The translations under genes were made by a program, and so were the position numbers. DNA of 64,000 nt from an uncultured Verrucomicrobiota bacterium. Its GTDB lineage: Bacteria > Verrucomicrobiota > Verrucomicrobiia > Limisphaerales > UBA8199. Shown here one piece after another: positions 9,601 to 17,936 of this stretch (the first letter of the stretch is position 1; the number at the start of each line of letters is the position of its first letter). The stretch spans positions 1,887-65,886 of the forward strand of contig CAYNZC010000006.1 of assembly GCA_964401575.1 (NCBI GenBank). Direction: 5' to 3'. The notes under the pieces were generated by a model that saw only the letters and a program-made list of their open reading frames with translations, was not told the DNA's origin and made no database searches.

Positions 9601-10041
9601 ACCGCCTTGGCTGAAGAGCATCGGGGCGCTTATGCCAAAGCTGCCGACCAATACCAATTGATCACAAAACAGTGGCCCCTGTTCAGTCCAGCCGTGCGCA
9701 ACCTTGCGCTGATCTCTTTCGAGCACCTCAAAGACAACAAAACCGCATACGATCTCGCGCAAAAGGCCCGGGCGGCTTATCCGAATGACGCCCGACTGGC
9801 CAGGTCCCTCGGGATTCTCTGCCTGGAGAGGGGTGAACACTCGAGGGCCGTGCAGTTGCTGATTCAGGCATCCCAGGGCCGCGCGGACGACGCCGAGCTG
9901 TTTTACTACCTGGGTGTTGCGCAGAAGGCCAGCCGGGCAAACAAAGCAGCCAGGGAATCATTTGAGAAAGCTTTGAGTCTGAAGCTGAACGAGGACCTGG
10001 CTGCCAAAGCCGCCCGGGAGCTGGCAAACCTGGAGAATTAG
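6613..10041 (+). CDS. prsT: PEP-CTERM system TPR-repeat lipoprotein (PrsT-like)
   Basis: Lipobox MLLVAGCSG. About 1140 aa of TPR repeats. Start overlaps the exosortase stop (GTGATG at 6610-6615). TPR content is certain; the PrsT assignment rests on context. Confidence 0.8.
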   Translation: MYKMLTRNFVVTVFVALATMLLVAGCSGESRSKRYLARADADYKAGLYERAEVEYIAALRAQPSSAPAAAGLGFVYFEQGKVPQAYGALTRALELDGANTEARLKLAIVCHSIGQLQKGREHALKILESKPGYGEALMVLVDCSTTPGDLAQCKELIDKVSAAERKTMTFHMAQAGLLFKQKDFVGAESEIMQASTIEPNSQRPYYALYSLYAAQKQQEKAAAALQKAAEVAPVRSVERLRYAQFKLQSGQSGQAKRIVTEMTQKAPDFIPAWVFLARTAFQERNFDQCSSLVTNILNRDPSNYEAYGLNAEILLLRGDITNALRHFEWIVQQYGTNTQHFYNLARAQVQNGQENQAIASLDRAILAYSNNIPAVLLQSSLFLRQGSFDRVAVTLRSLAARTSTLDKMEQAQLPHVLSLLARAQAGMKNYADAAATYQAMPKTFPGLPEVHLEAAAGLAALSRKEEAMRAYTDYVQLSTNRTGLVVAGRGLALLNDFPGAREALQKARSLSLDYMPALEGMIQLDLREKKYDAAIAQAQQEIQRDKSAGTPWLLLGGVYIERALDKARAAGVAKEEEHPLATPAVQQDVNLAEEALLKATNLEPGLNSAYRLLARLYVSSNKQKEALQELEAFVARTNDVTAYVQMALIHSQAKEHKTAAEIYEKALEFAPRSVEILNNLAVIYSDYIPRYDRAAELARRARRIAMDSPAVADTMGWVLHKQGDYSQALPLLEYAAKTLSLEPEVQFHLGMTYYMLGYESSARVALESAAASEDMPFKQQAAARLAVLALDPSTGSRAVNRAALEKRLAEQPGDVIALSRLATILEKEGSYTQAVEKHREILKWSPKNVPALLNTARICADYLNDTEKAMSFARLARNNAPEDPGIAHLMGRLALRSQNWSWAADLLAEAVRKLPEDPAVDYDFAWANYFLGKLPEAESRLKLALEHQGFREAGEARLFLKFLEAHGTPAAAEKLSGEAARKLESEKDPYLPALMVTALAEEHRGAYAKAADQYQLITKQWPLFSPAVRNLALISFEHLKDNKTAYDLAQKARAAYPNDARLARSLGILCLERGEHSRAVQLLIQASQGRADDAELFYYLGVAQKASRANKAARESFEKALSLKLNEDLAAKAARELANLEN

Positions 10042-10110
10042 ACCGCCCAACAGAATTGGGGGCGGCGCGATCAGGAAAGAAAGCAACCCGGCACGGTTTT
10101 ATCAGGAAAA

Positions 10111-10144
10111 GGTTCGAAGGCGTCGGCGCCTTCGGGCCTTTTTT
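10111..10144 (+). terminator. rho-independent terminator after prsT, probably bidirectional (also serves convergent rsmB)
   Basis: GGTTCGAAGGCG-tcgg-CGCCTTCGGGCC stem followed by TTTTTT (10139-10144). The opposite strand also has a T-rich trail. Confidence 0.6.
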
Positions 10145-10237
10145 CACAATCTCTCTTCCGTCCAGCAGCAGTGGCTCCAATACCGGGATGCCGCTCGACC
10201 GCGCCGAGCCAGTGAATCGGATGATCACTTGTTGCGG

Positions 10238-11542
10238 TTATGGGGTTCGGATCAGCCTGGCGACGAAGGCGCCGTCTGTGCCGTCAATGAACGGGAGCAG
10301 AGTCCGTTCATGGTCGAGCCGGAACTCTGGGTGAGTTGAGAGAAATCGGGCGACCACGCTGCCGTTTTCCTCCGGCTCGAGGCTGCACGTGCTGTAAACA
10401 AGGATTCCTCCCGGCTTGACCATGGCTGCTCCGGCGGCCAAAAGCTCCAATTGTCCCGAGCACAGCCTCTCAATCTCTTCAGGCCTGATCCTCCATCGCA
10501 GCTCGACCCGTCGGCGCATGACTCCCGTGTTCGAGCACGGTGCATCGATCAGGATGCGGTCAAAGCTGTCGGTTTTTGCATCAGCGGCAAGATCGAGTTC
10601 GGCATTCTGGATTCCCAATCTGGTGCAGTTCTCGCTCAGAATGTTCAGCCGTTGATGGTTTAATTCCCGGCCGACGAGTTGTCCTTGTCCCTGGAGTTGC
10701 TGCGCGATGGCTGTGAACTTCCCGCCCGGGGCCGCGCACATGTCGAGGACGCTGTGCCCGGGGCGCGCATCCAGGTGGCGCACTGCCAGCAGAGTGCTGG
10801 GATCCTGGACGTAGAAGAATCCTTGCTGGAAACTGGGCAACCGGTGCAGGGCAGGGTGACGCTTCAGCCGGAAGACCAGGTTTTCATCGAGCCAATCGGT
10901 CCTGGAGAAATCGTATTCCACATCCTCCTGGCGCCATTGTTCAAGCAGTTTCCCGGCGTCTGTCTTCAGTGTATTGACCCGCGCAAAAACCTCCGGCGGG
11001 GTGTTATTCCACTCGAGCAATCGAAGTGTCTGCTCTGCGCCCCATCGCTCAGTCCAACGCCGCACCAGCCACTCAGGATGGGAGAAGGCCGTCCAGGGCT
11101 CCGCGCTCTTCAGGACGTCGAGGGCCCCTTTGGTCGCATCCCGCTCCCGCAGGTAACCGCGCAGCACGGCATTCACAAAGCCCGCTTGCGGTCCGAAGCC
11201 GCGTCGTTTGGCCAGTTCCACCGTTTCGTTCACGGCAGCGTGTCCGGGAATGCGGTCGGTCCAGAAAATCTGGTAAAGTCCCAGCCTGAGAAGCGTGCGG
11301 AGGGCAGGCTTCTGGTTGCGCCCGGGCGTCTTGCGGGCGATGAGCCAATCCAGGGCGGATTCGTTGCGGACAACGCCATAAACGAGCTCCTGGCATAGTC
11401 CGCGATCCTTGGAATTGAGGGTTTCGGATGCCAGCGCGCGCTCGAGGATGTCCTCGATGTATTCCGCCGGTGGACGATGGGTTAGCACATCGGCCGCAAT
11501 TTCTCTTGGATTTTGACTGCTCAAGACCTTTAATGATCGCAT
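10238..11542 (-). CDS. rsmB: 16S rRNA (cytosine967-C5)-methyltransferase
   Basis: NusB-like N-terminal domain plus SAM methyltransferase domain, with DMCAAPGGK, DAPCSNTGVMRR and YSTCSL motifs. Confidence 0.9.
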   Translation of the reverse strand: MRSLKVLSSQNPREIAADVLTHRPPAEYIEDILERALASETLNSKDRGLCQELVYGVVRNESALDWLIARKTPGRNQKPALRTLLRLGLYQIFWTDRIPGHAAVNETVELAKRRGFGPQAGFVNAVLRGYLRERDATKGALDVLKSAEPWTAFSHPEWLVRRWTERWGAEQTLRLLEWNNTPPEVFARVNTLKTDAGKLLEQWRQEDVEYDFSRTDWLDENLVFRLKRHPALHRLPSFQQGFFYVQDPSTLLAVRHLDARPGHSVLDMCAAPGGKFTAIAQQLQGQGQLVGRELNHQRLNILSENCTRLGIQNAELDLAADAKTDSFDRILIDAPCSNTGVMRRRVELRWRIRPEEIERLCSGQLELLAAGAAMVKPGGILVYSTCSLEPEENGSVVARFLSTHPEFRLDHERTLLPFIDGTDGAFVARLIRTP

Positions 11543-11574
11543 GCGCCCGGGTGGACGCTAGCGCAAAACAACTT

Positions 11575-13476
11575 ATGAGAGAAGAATTCGAAAAACTGGC
11601 GGCTGCCGGCAAGCTCGACCGCCGTTACATCGATGTCCTGGTGGTCTTGACCGACCACGGGTATTGCACGCACCGAAGCTGGGGTTTTGGCCGTATTACA
11701 GCGGTGGATACTGTTTTTGCCCAGTTCACGATTGATTTTGACAACAAGCCCGGGCACCGGATGGATCTGGCGTTTGCGGCCGAGTCTCTCAAGCCCATTT
11801 CGAAGGATCACATATTGGCTCGGAAAGCCGCCGATCCCGAATCTCTCCGGCGCATAGCCGCAACGGACCATCTTGAACTGGTGAAGCTGGTTCTCAACAG
11901 CTTCGGCGGAAAAGCCACAGCCGACCAGATCCAGCAGGTGCTGGTGCCGGACATCATCCGTGACGATTGGAAGAAGTGGTGGGAAGCCGCGCGACGGGAA
12001 ATGAAAAAGAGCGGCCATTTCCAGGTGCCGCTCAAGAAGAGCGAGCCGATTATTTACCAGGCCCGGGAAGTCATGCTGCAGGACAGGCTGCTCGAAGAGT
12101 TCCGGACGGCGAAGGGGCTGAAGGCCAAGGTGGCTGTCACGAATGAAATTCTCAAGAACCTCCCTGACTTTACCGATCACGCCGCTGCGGCCACGGAAAT
12201 CATCAATGCCCTGAATGTGGAAATTCCAAGCTACCAGCGAACACAGCCGGCTGTGGCACTGGAAGCTGTCTTTGCCCGGGACGATCTTCGCGCAGCCGCC
12301 TCAGGGCCGGTCTGTCCCGATGAACTCGGCGCGGCCGCCATTTGGTCTTTCGATGTTAAGCTCGGCGCAATGCTCGAGCAAATGCCTTCCGGGAAGCATC
12401 GTCGGACTCTCGATTCTTTCAAAGAAGCGCATCCTGAGGACTGGTTCCAGATTCTGCTCAGTCACATCAACACCGTTCCGGCGCGGCAGTGCAAGGAATT
12501 CGCGGGGGTGCTTATTCATGAGGGCAAGTTTGGCGAGCTCAAAGAGACAGTCGCGCGGCTGATCAGCCAGCACACCGCCAGCAGCGAACTCCTGCTCTGG
12601 CTGGGCAAGGACCGAAACGATGCATACGCGGACATCCTTGGCCCGGAGGTGTTCCGGGCTATGCTCACGGCTATCGAGCGTGATCAGTTTAACGAGCGGA
12701 AGTCCAACCGACTTCGTGATTTCATCCTCGATGACCAGGAGCTTCTTGTCGAGTTGATCGGGTCGGCTGATCTCGACGTGATTAAAGATCTTACGCGCGC
12801 GCTGCAACTCTCACCGTCGTTTGACGACATGGACAAGCGTTCCCTGCTCGCGCGCATTGTGAAGAGCTATCCGGCGATCCAGGCGCTGATATCGGGTGAG
12901 ACAACGAGGCAGGAAGCCGGGTTGGTGGTCTCCTGGGAGAGCCTAGAGCGCAGAAAGGATGAGTATAAAGAACTCGTCGAAAAGAAAATACCCGCTAACT
13001 CGCGTGAGATCGCCATCGCCCGCAGCTACGGGGATCTTCGTGAAAACCATGAGTACAAGGCGGCCAAAGAAATGCAGAAGCTGCTCATGAAGCGCAAAGC
13101 CGAACTGGAATCCCAGTTGGTTCGCGCCCGCGGCACGGATTTTATGAACGTGCGGACGGATATCGTGAGCATCGGGACAGTGGTTTCCGCTACGGATCTC
13201 GAGTCAGGCCAAGCGGAGAAGTTTACGATTCTTGGCGCATGGGATACCGAACCCGAAAGCGGCATCATCAGTTACCTGACACCCGTTGCACAGGCGCTGA
13301 TTGGCAGCAAAATCGGAAACGAGGTGGAGTTTGAGGTCCAAGGCGTCCGCCACCATCACAGGATTGAATCCATCGGGGCCTACAGGGCCGCGGAAGCTCC
13401 GTCGTCGATGGTCGCTCCCGTGTCGGAGCAGCAGCAGGCTCCTCCGGCGCAACCCGAACAACGCGCGGAGTTCTAA
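11575..13476 (+). CDS. Gre-family transcript cleavage factor with about 470-aa N-terminal extension
   Basis: C-terminal about 160 aa resemble full GreA (ARSYGDLRENHEYKAAKEMQ finger; ISYLTPVAQALIGSKIGNEVEF globular domain). ATG 11575 chosen because the track start 11428 overlaps the divergent rsmB. Confidence 0.75.
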   Translation: MREEFEKLAAAGKLDRRYIDVLVVLTDHGYCTHRSWGFGRITAVDTVFAQFTIDFDNKPGHRMDLAFAAESLKPISKDHILARKAADPESLRRIAATDHLELVKLVLNSFGGKATADQIQQVLVPDIIRDDWKKWWEAARREMKKSGHFQVPLKKSEPIIYQAREVMLQDRLLEEFRTAKGLKAKVAVTNEILKNLPDFTDHAAAATEIINALNVEIPSYQRTQPAVALEAVFARDDLRAAASGPVCPDELGAAAIWSFDVKLGAMLEQMPSGKHRRTLDSFKEAHPEDWFQILLSHINTVPARQCKEFAGVLIHEGKFGELKETVARLISQHTASSELLLWLGKDRNDAYADILGPEVFRAMLTAIERDQFNERKSNRLRDFILDDQELLVELIGSADLDVIKDLTRALQLSPSFDDMDKRSLLARIVKSYPAIQALISGETTRQEAGLVVSWESLERRKDEYKELVEKKIPANSREIAIARSYGDLRENHEYKAAKEMQKLLMKRKAELESQLVRARGTDFMNVRTDIVSIGTVVSATDLESGQAEKFTILGAWDTEPESGIISYLTPVAQALIGSKIGNEVEFEVQGVRHHHRIESIGAYRAAEAPSSMVAPVSEQQQAPPAQPEQRAEF

Positions 13477-13507
13477 GGCCGCGCCGGGGCAGGCGTTCTG
13501 TCGCGGC

Positions 13508-14410
13508 TTACCGGCCCTCGACCAGCCACTTCAGTATCGCTTTTTGGGCGTGCAGCCGGTTTTCCGCCTGGTCAAAAATGGTCTGGGCGTGTTCCTCGAA
13601 TGTCCTTTCGTCAATCTCCATGCCACGATAGGCGGGCAGACAATGCATCACAAGCGCCCCGGGATTTGCCTTTTTAACAAGGTCCGAGTTGATCTGGTAA
13701 CCCTTCAGTTTTTCGGAGCGCGCGGCGGACTCTGCCTCTTTGCCCATCGAGATCCAGACGTCTGTGTAGAGAGCATCCGCACCCCGGGCCGCTGAGGCGA
13801 TGTCCTCGGTGCAAACCACTTTTCCGCCGGCTTTGCGCAGCAGCTCGCGGCTTGGCTGAAATTCCGCCGGGGCCGCAACACTCAGCTCGAACCCGAGCTT
13901 GTTGGCGGCGAAGATCCACGAAACCGCCACGTTGCAGGCGCCGTCGCCGATAAAAGCGATTTTCCTGCCCTTGATCGGCCCGCGCTTTTCCTGGAAGGTG
14001 AAAACATCCGCCAGGATCTGGCATGGATGCTCGTCGTCCGTAAGTGCATTGATGGTGGGAATGCCGGACAGGCGCGCGAACTCTTCGACATCCGCCTGCG
14101 CATAGGTGCGGAAAATCGCGCCATGAACCATCCGTCCCATCACACGCGCCGTATCTTTGACCGGTTCACCGCGTCCGAGCTGAATCTCGCTCGCGGGCAT
14201 GAAAACCACGTTGCCGCCCAGTTCACGGATCCCGACCTCGAAGGACAGGCGTGTGCGCGTGGACGCTTTGGAGAAAAGCATGGCCCAGACCTGGCTCTTA
14301 AGCGGCAGGACCGAGTGCCTGCCGCGTTCTTGCTTCATCCTGGCCGACTCGGACAGAATGTTATCCATGTCATTTGGAGCCAGTGACTCAATGCTTAGTA
14401 GATGTCTCAT
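13508..14410 (-). CDS. argF: ornithine carbamoyltransferase
   Basis: STRTRLSFE carbamoyl-phosphate motif, DVWISMG, HCLPAYRG. ATG at 14410 gives MRHLLSIESL; the 14452 start would overlap argD. Confidence 0.92.
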   Translation of the reverse strand: MRHLLSIESLAPNDMDNILSESARMKQERGRHSVLPLKSQVWAMLFSKASTRTRLSFEVGIRELGGNVVFMPASEIQLGRGEPVKDTARVMGRMVHGAIFRTYAQADVEEFARLSGIPTINALTDDEHPCQILADVFTFQEKRGPIKGRKIAFIGDGACNVAVSWIFAANKLGFELSVAAPAEFQPSRELLRKAGGKVVCTEDIASAARGADALYTDVWISMGKEAESAARSEKLKGYQINSDLVKKANPGALVMHCLPAYRGMEIDERTFEEHAQTIFDQAENRLHAQKAILKWLVEGR

Positions 14411-14432
14411 GGTAAAGAAGAGTCCTCTCGTA

Positions 14433-15716
14433 TCAGGCAAGGTCTGCCACAACGGTCCGAATGATGTTGAGGGCTTCGTCCGCTTCGCTCTTTTTAAGGT
14501 TCAACGGCGGGAGCAGGCGCAAGACGTTTGCGCCCGCCGGCACCAGCAGGAGCCCTGCGGATTGGAGCAGGTTGGTCGCGCGAAGCGACTGGTTCTTTGA
14601 AGGATCGCCCGGAAGCTTCTTGATATCCGGAGCCAATTCGATGCCGAGCATGAACCCGAGTCCGCGAACGTTGCGAACAACGTCCCGGTGCTGCGCCGCC
14701 AGGGCTTCCAGTTGGGCTTTCAGGTAATCACCCGTCTGCCGAACGTTTTCCTCAAGGCGCTCGTTGCGGACCGTCTCGAGGACTTTGAGTGCCACCGCGC
14801 AGGCCAGCGGAGTGCCGCCAAAGGTCGTGCCGTGCGTGCCCGCGCCGAGCAGGTCCGCGTACGGCTGCCGCACCCAAAACGCGCCCATCGGGAATCCGCC
14901 TCCGAGCGCTTTTGCCATCGAAATGCCATCAGGCAGGAAACCGGTCGCACCTGAATTCTCAAGAATTCGTTGAAAGCTTTGAAACCTTCCGCTGCGGAAG
15001 TGCCCGCATTGCACCGCGTCCATGAGCAGCAGGAGTTTTTTTTCATCGCACAGGCGGCGCAATCCCAGCAGGTATTCGGGGGTGGCTGGCGTTACGCCGC
15101 CTTCACCCTGGATGCCTTCGATGAGGATGGCGGCGGTAGCCGGAGAGATGGCCCGTTCCATGGCTTCGAGATCGTTGTAGGGCGCCTGGCGGAAACCGGG
15201 CATCACTGGCTCGAAGCCTTTCCGAACCTTGTCCTGTCCCGTGGCCGCGATTCCGGCGAGGGTGCGTCCGTGAAAGGAGTTGATCGTGGTGAGGATCTCG
15301 AAGCGGCCCTCGTCATGGCCGAACTTTCGGGCCAGTTTGTAGAGTCCTTCGTTTGCCTCGGCGCCGCTATTGGCAAAAAACACCTTGCCGGGCGCAATCA
15401 AGCGGACCAGTTCTTCGGCGAGTCTGCCCTGAGGTTCGTGGTAATAGAGGTTGGAGGTGTGGACCAGCTTTTGGGACTGTGCCAGCAGGGCCTGAGTGAT
15501 CGCGGGGTGCGCGTGGCCTAGAGAATTCACCGCAATGCCGCCTCCAAGGTCCATGTATCGTTTGCCGGCCACGTCATACACATACGCGCCGGAACCGTGG
15601 CTGAGAACGAGGTCAAACCGGCCGTAGCTGGGCACCACGTATTTCTGAAACAGTGCCTGGATCTGTGCGGCCTTCGTTGTCTCAATCGTCGGCGAGGCTG
15701 AATCGGTGCTTTTCAT
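14433..15716 (-). CDS. argD: acetylornithine aminotransferase (class III PLP aminotransferase)
   Basis: Class III aminotransferase layout (GSGAYVYD, NSGAEANE, MDAVQCG, PLP-Lys in SMAKALGGGFP). Lies directly upstream of argF. Confidence 0.88.
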   Translation of the reverse strand: MKSTDSASPTIETTKAAQIQALFQKYVVPSYGRFDLVLSHGSGAYVYDVAGKRYMDLGGGIAVNSLGHAHPAITQALLAQSQKLVHTSNLYYHEPQGRLAEELVRLIAPGKVFFANSGAEANEGLYKLARKFGHDEGRFEILTTINSFHGRTLAGIAATGQDKVRKGFEPVMPGFRQAPYNDLEAMERAISPATAAILIEGIQGEGGVTPATPEYLLGLRRLCDEKKLLLLMDAVQCGHFRSGRFQSFQRILENSGATGFLPDGISMAKALGGGFPMGAFWVRQPYADLLGAGTHGTTFGGTPLACAVALKVLETVRNERLEENVRQTGDYLKAQLEALAAQHRDVVRNVRGLGFMLGIELAPDIKKLPGDPSKNQSLRATNLLQSAGLLLVPAGANVLRLLPPLNLKKSEADEALNIIRTVVADLA

Positions 15717-15776
15717 TCTTCTCTTGGAAACAAGGCTGGCATCCTAGCGCGAAACACAGCCGAGGCAAAAACATTT

Positions 15777-16409
15777 TCACCCATGCATCTGGAGCATTTC
15801 GCGAACATCAATAGCTTTCATACCTGCGGCGCGGATGGCTTGCATGCCGAAATCCGTGTCTTCATAGGCCCAGCAGGATTCCGGCGCCACTCCGATGCGC
15901 CGCGCCGCCTCGAGGAAAATGTCCGGAGCGGGCTTCTGGTTTGCAACGTCCTCCGAGGTTACGATCGCATCGAAGAGGGAGAGGATATTCAGGTGCCGGA
16001 GAACGTGCTCGATGACTCGATGGCTTCCGCCCGAGGCTACTGCGAGCGGTATGGTTCCATGGTATTTGCGAGCGATGCTCAGCACCGGTCCGATCGGTTG
16101 CACCTGGGGTATCAGGGGCAGGTATTCCACTTCTTTTTCATGCGCGACGGCCTGCAGGTCCAAAGGAATCCCCTGCTCATCGCTGATCGTTTTGACAATA
16201 TCTCTCGATGGAATGCCTCCAAGGGAGTAGAAGCGGTCCCATGTGAGGCTGAACCGATGCCGGGTCGCAATCGCCTGCCATGCTTTATAGTGCAGGGGCA
16301 TGGTGTCGGCCAGCGTCCCGTCGCAGTCGAAAATAATGCCACTGGGCTCGCGGAGACCGTTTTTGCAGGGATGGAACCTTTCGCAGGATGTCGTTCGAGT
16401 CATTGTCAT
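15777..16409 (-). CDS. HAD-superfamily hydrolase (beta-phosphoglucomutase-like subfamily IA)
   Basis: DxDxT motif IIFDCDGTLADT, later LAVASGGS and EDTDFGMQA motifs. Confidence 0.85.
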   Translation of the reverse strand: MTMTRTTSCERFHPCKNGLREPSGIIFDCDGTLADTMPLHYKAWQAIATRHRFSLTWDRFYSLGGIPSRDIVKTISDEQGIPLDLQAVAHEKEVEYLPLIPQVQPIGPVLSIARKYHGTIPLAVASGGSHRVIEHVLRHLNILSLFDAIVTSEDVANQKPAPDIFLEAARRIGVAPESCWAYEDTDFGMQAIRAAGMKAIDVREMLQMHG

Positions 16410-16422
16410 TGGAAACCTGGTT

Positions 16423-17502
16423 TCAGAGCTTCAGCGCCGCGAATTTTTCCTCGAGATCGTTGGCCATGAGAGGCTCGATGACGGGGTCGAGATCGCCCTC
16501 CATCGTGGCGGGTAGATTGTACAGCGTGAGCTCGATGCGGTGGTCCGTCAGGCGATTCTGGGGAAAATTGTACGTGCGAATGCGTTCGTTGCGTTCGCCG
16601 GTGCCCACTTGGCGTTTGCGCTGAGCCGCGTATTTTGCCTCCTCTTCGGCCACCTTCTTTTCCAACAGCCTGGAGCGCAGCACCGTTAGCGCGCGGGCCT
16701 TGTTCTTCTGCTGGGAACGCTGGTCCGCGCACCGCACAATCAGGCCCGAGGGCTTGTGAATGATTTGCACCGCCGAGTCTGTGGTGTTCACGCCCTGGCC
16801 GCCGGGGCCGGACGCGCGGCAGACGGTGATCTCCAGGTCCTCCGGTTTGATGTCGATATCCACCTCTTCAGCTTCCGGCAGCACGGCTACCGTGCAGGTG
16901 CTGGTGTGGATGCGTCCCTGGGCCTCGGTGGCGGGCACTCTTTGGACGCGATGCACCCCGCTTTCGTACTTAAGGCGCTTGTAAACATCGGTGCCTGTGA
17001 TTTGAAAAATGATTTCCCGAAACCCGCCAAGGTCGGATGGGCTCGAGTCGAGATCCTCGTGTTTCCAGCCCTGCGCCTCGGCATAGCGGGTGTACATCCT
17101 GTAGAGATCCGCGGCAAACAGCGCGGATTCCTGGCCTCCGGCGCCCGCTCGAATTTCGAAAATGGTATTGCGCGAATCCGAGGGGTCCGGCGGCACAATG
17201 CCGAACTGGACAATCTGTGCAAGACGGATCTCGTCCGCCTCCAGGCGGGTGATTTCCTCGGCGGCCATCTGGGCGAGTTCGGACCCGGCTGGTTCGGCTG
17301 AGAGCAGCTTCCGGTTCTCCGCAAGATCCGCCAGCGTCTTTAAATAATTCTGGCCGTGTGCAACCAGATCCTTAAGCCGGGCATACTCACGCGACAGGTC
17401 CTGCGCGCGTAGCGGGTTGTCGAACGCTTTCGGGTCGCTCAGGGCGGCTTCGACTTCTGAGAAGCGCCGGGCGAACTTTTCTATGTGAGGACGGAGGTCC
17501 AC
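16423..17502 (-). CDS. prfA: peptide chain release factor 1
   Basis: GGQ motif (SGPGGQGVNTTDSAV). RF1-type PAT tripeptide (RVPATEAQGRIHTS). GTG start at 17502. Confidence 0.95.
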   Translation of the reverse strand: MDLRPHIEKFARRFSEVEAALSDPKAFDNPLRAQDLSREYARLKDLVAHGQNYLKTLADLAENRKLLSAEPAGSELAQMAAEEITRLEADEIRLAQIVQFGIVPPDPSDSRNTIFEIRAGAGGQESALFAADLYRMYTRYAEAQGWKHEDLDSSPSDLGGFREIIFQITGTDVYKRLKYESGVHRVQRVPATEAQGRIHTSTCTVAVLPEAEEVDIDIKPEDLEITVCRASGPGGQGVNTTDSAVQIIHKPSGLIVRCADQRSQQKNKARALTVLRSRLLEKKVAEEEAKYAAQRKRQVGTGERNERIRTYNFPQNRLTDHRIELTLYNLPATMEGDLDPVIEPLMANDLEEKFAALKL

Positions 17503-17525
17503 AAATCAGGAGAAGATGTCAGCCG

Positions 17526-17571
17526 GGCAAAAAAGCAATCCGCCCGGAAAGCGCATGGGCGCTCGGGCGGA
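17526..17571 (-). terminator. stem-loop plus T-run between rpmE and prfA (terminator or attenuator)
   Basis: Minus strand: TCCGCCCG-N17-CGGGCGGA (plus-strand arms at 17539-17546 and 17564-17571), followed by TTGCTTTTTTG. Confidence 0.5.
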
Positions 17572-17588
17572 TTGGGTGAAATCCGGTG

Positions 17589-17834
17589 TTAACGTTTCTT
17601 CTTTTTGAGAGATGCGGCAGCGGCCTGCGCGGCCTGGGTCTTGGCCATGCGCTGCTGGAACTTGTCCACGCGTCCGGCGGTGTCCACAAACTTCTGCTGG
17701 CCTGTGTAAAAGGGATGGCAGGAATTGCAAATGCCGACGATGATGACCGGCTTGGTGGACCGGGTCTTGATCACGTTGCCGCATGCGCAACGGATCTCGG
17801 AATCCACATATTTCGGATGTATGTCTGCTTTCAT
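17589..17834 (-). CDS. rpmE: 50S ribosomal protein L31 (Cys-containing, zinc-ribbon type)
   Basis: MKADIHPKY..., CxC ... [10 protein letters not shown]. Confidence 0.95.
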   Translation of the reverse strand: MKADIHPKYVDSEIRCACGNVIKTRSTKPVIIVGICNSCHPFYTGQQKFVDTAGRVDKFQQRMAKTQAAQAAAASLKKKKR

Positions 17835-17936
17835 AAAGAACAGGCCGAATACAATATCATTGCTGCGATTAAAGACAAGATGATTGCTGAGTTTTTTTGG
17901 TCGCCCTTGGCTGCCCGTTTTTCGGGCCTGATAACC

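Noticed and set aside
11428-11574. Longer 682-aa form of the Gre-family protein
   Set aside because: The extension overlaps the divergent rsmB 5' end by 115 nt and reads as Arg/Cys/Pro-rich junk. ATG 11575 leaves a sensible 32-bp divergent spacer.
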